The notes beneath the pieces are model-generated. The model did no database searches, was not told where the DNA came from, and saw only the letters and a list, made by a program, of their open reading frames with translations. From the human T2T-CHM13v2.0 reference genome, Homo sapiens, in assembly GCF_009914755.1 (NCBI RefSeq), contig NC_060941.1: a stretch of 64,000 nucleotides of DNA. One strand, 5' to 3'. Both the position numbers and the translations under genes were made by a program. Positions 58,132 through 64,000 of the stretch are shown here, in pieces. Position 1 is the first letter of the stretch, and each line of letters starts with the position of its first letter.

Positions 58132-61100
58132 TAGATGTGGTTTAGGGCCAACCCAGCCCAGCGAACTTTCTCCAAGCCCCTGCCCACACTAGCTCAGGGC
58201 TGCAGAAGGTCAGCCCCGCTGGCCAGACATGAACACAAACTCATGGAGAATGTTGGAGGCCAAAGGCCGAAGTGGCTAGAAAAAGCCATGGTGATTTTCC
58301 TTACTGACATCTGGAGGCTTGAAGGAGAGCTCTCCCCACCCCACCCATTCCCCACCCAGACTTGTCCTTGGATGGAAGGATTCTGACCCCCAAAAGAGGC
58401 AAGGGATTCCACGCAGGTCCCAGTCCCCAAGGATAGAATCATCTGGCCCTGAGCAGCCAGGAACTAGTGGCCTGCTGATTGCAACACATCAAGGAGCAGC
58501 TGATACTGAAGGCCAGGGAGGTGAGTGGGGAGAAGGAGGTTTACCCATAATATCATCTGCCTCTCACCATTTGGAGGCGGCAAAGATTCTGAAGGCTTTG
58601 ATCGGGCTGGGCCTCACCTCTGACTGAGCTGTCGCCAGCATGACCGCAGTCCACCAGCAGGAAAACTGCAGGAGGTGGCACTTTAGTGACTGTAGTGCAC
58701 AGCTGAGGCCTGGAGAGGCTCCACCACATACCCAAAGCTGCACAGCTGGGAGGTCATGGGCTGGGGGGAGAAGAGGCCAGCACTCTGGGGGAGCTGGCAG
58801 GAGTGCTAGGAGCTGCTTTGCTCCTGGTGGTGAAGGAGGCTCCAGGCTGGGGGAGGAGCAGTGGTGAACATAGCCCCTAAGAGAAATGGGAGACTGCTTT
58901 GATGGAACCCTCCTCATCAAGGCTTATCTCCAGATGCCACCTCCTCCAGCCAGCCTTCCCAGATGTCCTTATCAAAGAGGCTGTCTCCTTCCTCATCTCC
59001 ATCCCCAACCCCCCAGCACACAGACCATACTGAGTCCTGTCTCCCAGCCTGAGTGGGGCCCTGCCCTGCCTGTCTCCCCCGAGCACTGACTGGTATCTGA
59101 GTAGCAGGGTGGATGGGCTCTGCAGGCTGTCCTCCTCAGGGAGCCTCACATGGACTTTGAGCAGGGTAGCTGCTCACCAGCACTTAGGCCAACCAGAGAA
59201 GAGCTCCATGCACCTCTGCCCAGCCCCAAGCTCTCCTTGGGAAAGCTCCATGACAGGTGAGGTCAGCCCAATCCAAGGCTTCAGAATCTCTGCAGTCTCC
59301 AAATGGTGAGAGGCAAATGAGATCGTGTGGGTAAACTTTTCTCCCTGCTCATCTCCCTGGCCCGCAGTATCAGCTCCCCGCAGCCTGCTGCCTCCTAGAA
59401 GACTTCCTGAGGGAGGGAAAGACGGTGGCAGAGAGTAGGAGCCAGGGACAGACAGAGGATCTTCCAGAAGCTGGGAGAGGAAAAGGAGAGCTTGGGGCTG
59501 GGCAGGGGTGTTTAGCTCTCCCATGATGGCCGCACTGCCTTCCAAAGCCCTGATGCCAGGGTGGACCTGCCCTCCCTGCCCTGGCTCAGGACTTGCAAAA
59601 GGTGTGGAAGGACCAGCCGGTTGCCCCATCCTGGATGGGCAAGAATTTGGGACCCCTCTCTGCCTCTCAGCTCCCACTCTCCCCTGTGATCCAGTCCCAG
59701 CCTGGAAAGCCCTGTTCAGGGGAGGAGAGGTGGTGAGTGAGTAGGGGTCCCGTCCTTTACAAGAGCCCTTTGTCCCAAGGGGCCTAGAGTCTCTCAGGCT
59801 GACGGCCCCTCCCGGGCTGGCCTGGAGGCAGAATGAGGACTCCCCAGGGGGCAGATGAGACAGTGTCCCTCATTGTCCTCAGGTGCCTTATGGGGCAAGG
59901 GAGCAGGTGTTTACCGACTCAGGAGAGGCTTGGTTGAAGTCCAGGTTTATCTGCTTAAACCACGTCGAGGGGGAGAGGGAGGCTGTTTGTTCCTACGTTT
60001 CCACCCCAAACCTCCCAGGGCAGGGGTGGGGGCCTGCAAAGGGCAGGGAAGGCTGAGGGCCTGGGCTCTTGACACTCCAAGGACGTCAGCCACTGCTTCA
60101 CCTGGCCTGGTTCTCTTGCTCCCACCAAACCTCTTTTCAGTGAGTGGCACCTGGATTCCTGTCCCACCCTGTCTGTGCAGACATGAGAGATGAAGAAAGA
60201 GGGGGACAGAGAGACAGAGGGAGACAGGAATAGGAGAAGGAGGTGGGTCATGGAGGCAGAGTCGGTGGAGCAGGGGAGAAGACTCCAAGAGGGACTTGGG
60301 CAGGGTCCTGGGAGTGGGGCCCGGCTGCCCAGCTTGGGAGGGGCAGCACAGGGCTGATTGTCCAGGGGCCGCTGCAGCCTCCCCAAACCCTCCAGTAGTT
60401 TGGGTATGGGATGTGGCTGTGTGCCCTGGGAGGTGGCTGGCGGGCCCAGGGCAGTGTCCCCACTCCTGTCAAGCTCCTTGAGTATTTTTTCCTGTCGGCT
60501 CTGCCTCTAGCGACCGCTTCCCGCCCAGGATGTAAGGCAGGCAGCAGCTTGTCTGACCCAGCCTGGCCCTGGGGGAGACCCCATTCTTGGTGGCTGGATA
60601 ATCTGAGCCAGGGAGACAAGAGAGACTGCTCCCACCCCCATCTCAGCAGCCTGGAAGAGCAAGGCAAGAGAGACTGCTCCCCGCCCTTTGCTTCTCTACC
60701 TCTCGTTGGAGAGCAGGCCATAAGCATCTGGGGTGCAGCCAGATTCCTGCCAGGCGGGTGGGCTGGGGGAGGGATCGGGGCAGGCAGCGGGCTACTGTTC
60801 TCCTGCACCGCCTCCCAGGCTCCTGCCTCCTCTGGCCACCCCTCCCTGTGTCCAAGGCCTGCTCGCCTGAGTGAGACATGAGTAATGGACACAGCACAGG
60901 GCCTGACCCAAGGGCCTTGGCTGCAGGCCCAGCACTAGGAACACTGTAAATATTTGGGGGAATTAATGATGCTCCTTCTCCCCAGCCAACTCTCTCCTGC
61001 AACCCAGAAGGCTTATGGGAGGAGGCCACAGTGTCCATCCCTCTGCCTCCGAGCTGAGACAACATTAAGGATATAGGGGTCCAGACTGCTGGGTCCTTGA

Positions 61101-61739
61101 CTGGGTTTGGCCACAGACAGGAGAACCATACTTGTAATGTGGCTGCACCATCTCAGCCATCCCCCCGGCCTCCAGGCCAGCCAGCATCTCCTCCAGCCTG
61201 GAGATCCCAAGCCTTCTCTCTCAGGCACAGAATCCTTTGTTAATGGATGTTCTTTCTGAAATCTAGCTTCTGCCCTTCCAGGAACCCCTTCCATGGTTCT
61301 GGGATGGCAATGAATGGGTCTGCCCTTTAGGTAGTTAATGGTGCTCCTCACCCTGCTCTGCTGCATCCCCTCCTGGAGAGCTTCTGCCTGCTGTCACCCT
61401 GTCCAAGGGCCCAACCCTGGTGGATATCCCTAAACTTCTTGGGGTCCCCTTCCCTGCCTTAGCAGAAGCCTGGAGCAGGCATGGCCTCTCTACCTTTCCT
61501 GACATTTCCCCCTCTCCTGTGGCCTTAGATTGAGACAAGGATGTCGTTTGAAAGAAGTCTCTGAACACTTACCATACCAGGCAGCTGGGAATTTTGAGGT
61601 CATCTCAAGGTGCTCCCTGTCCCCACTCCTAGGGCCCTGAGAGAGGCTGTGGATGCAGGGCTGCGCTGGGTTGGGCTCTGGAGCAGGAAAGCTGGAAGAA
61701 GGCAGTTGTATGTGCTTCTCCAATCTTACTCCCTTGTCC

Positions 61740-61945
61740 AGAACTTGATTTCAAATCTAGTTTCATGAGACTCCTTTGACCCACTTCCTTGGATAATATT
61801 GAGCAAGTTATTGAAATCCTCTAAGGCTCAGTTTCCTCATCTGTCAAATGGGGAAATGAGGATTTTTTTGAGCATCAGATGAGATATGCATGCAAAGCAC
61901 TTAGCATAAGGTAGAATATGTAGTAAGTACTCAACAAATGGTAAC
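61740..61945 (+). mobile_element. MIR
   Basis: ctcagtttcctcatctgtcaaatgggg...gtaagtactcaacaaatgg. Confidence 0.75.
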
Positions 61946-62929
61946 CAGTATGACTAAGACTTTTAAGACTTAAAGGCCAGTTTTCCTTCTCCAAGTTCCC
62001 TCAGCTCCAAGCTCCAGGTGTGTTTCTCATGGCCTGGGAGAAACAGAGCTGTTCTGGAAGAAGGCACCTTGGGACGGGACAAGACACTCTGCTCCAGCCT
62101 GACTGGCCCTGATCAGGCCAACCTGCTTCACCCACTCTTGCCCCCACTGCCAGGATTATCATAGGCCCCCAGATCCGGTGCCTTCCTCCCACACCCACCA
62201 GCCTGGCCAGGCTGGTGCCTATCCCACTTCCAGGAAGAGGGACATAAACACAGCTGGGGTGGACGAGGGCCCCCAGCATCCTCTCTGGAAGCAGTGAAGC
62301 AGTCAGGGGCTCCAGGATGGATCAGGGAGAATCTGGGAATTCCTAGGACTCAGGTCAGGGAGTCCAGGGAGAGGAGAAGCTCCCGTTCCTAGAGCTGAGG
62401 AAAGAAGTGGCAGGGTAGTCCCCTCTGAACACTGTGTTTGGATCCCTACCACCTCTGCCTCCATATCCGGTGGGTGTGAAGTGGTATCTCATTATGGTTT
62501 GAATTGCATTTCCTTGACGACTAACGATATTGAACATGTTTTTGTATGTCTATTGGCCATTTGTATATCTTCTTTAGAGAAATGTCTATTCAGAATCCTT
62601 TTTAACCATTTCACTGGCACGAAGCCACTAGGCTGTCCTCCCGCTTTCATGTCCCCACCACAGCCTGGCTTCCCTCTAGGTGCAGCTCTACCAGGCCCTT
62701 TCCCTGCTTGAACCTTCAATGGCTCCCCACTGCTTGCAGCCAAACTTGCTAAAAAGTGTGAAAAGTGTTTTGTGAGAGGTTGGAAGAGGTTCTTCTGAAG
62801 ATGATTCCATGGTTGAACCATGGTCAAAGGTTTGGAAAATGATACATACACTAACCCACTCCAGGACTTTGCCAATGCATATTAGCATATAAAAGGCTCA
62901 GAGAAGTCCCAAAGCAAACAGTCCCCTCT

Positions 62930-64000
<1,071 letters not shown>

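Noticed and set aside
62807-62823. Palindrome CCATGGTT-G-AACCATGG
   Set aside because: Short, and lies in a probable hAT-derived fragment; compatible with chance

Overview
Human (primate) genomic DNA containing the complete DLX3 homeobox gene on the minus strand. Three coding exons (18138-17814, 16730-16540, 15004-14657) give 864 nt = 287 aa + stop, with canonical GT-AG introns, a TATA/CCAAT promoter in a CpG island and a ~1.5 kb 3'UTR ending near an AATAAA at 13164-13159. From general knowledge of this locus, bases 1-13 kb should be the DLX4-DLX3 intergenic enhancer region; DLX4 itself is not in the window. Bases ~22-57 kb are almost saturated with transposons (Alu, L1, L2, MIR, MER2, MER58A) and include a nested stack: a hAT-Blackjack transposase fossil > ERVL-type LTR > MST provirus > Alus. 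No other protein-coding gene is supported. The most unusual signals are: (i) a 2.1 kb purine-pyrimidine tract organised by four alternating inverted copies of a unique segment; (ii) non-TE-looking inverted repeats at 20.07-20.47 kb and 58.5-59.5 kb; (iii) divergent strong CTCF motifs bracketing the TE block; (iv) a strong-Kozak two-codon uORF in the DLX3 leader; (v) a perfect Maf palindrome, a SoxE-type palindrome and paired TAATT modules near DLX3. I found no evidence of a wholly new gene system. Repeat family names and most repeat boundaries are by-eye approximations.
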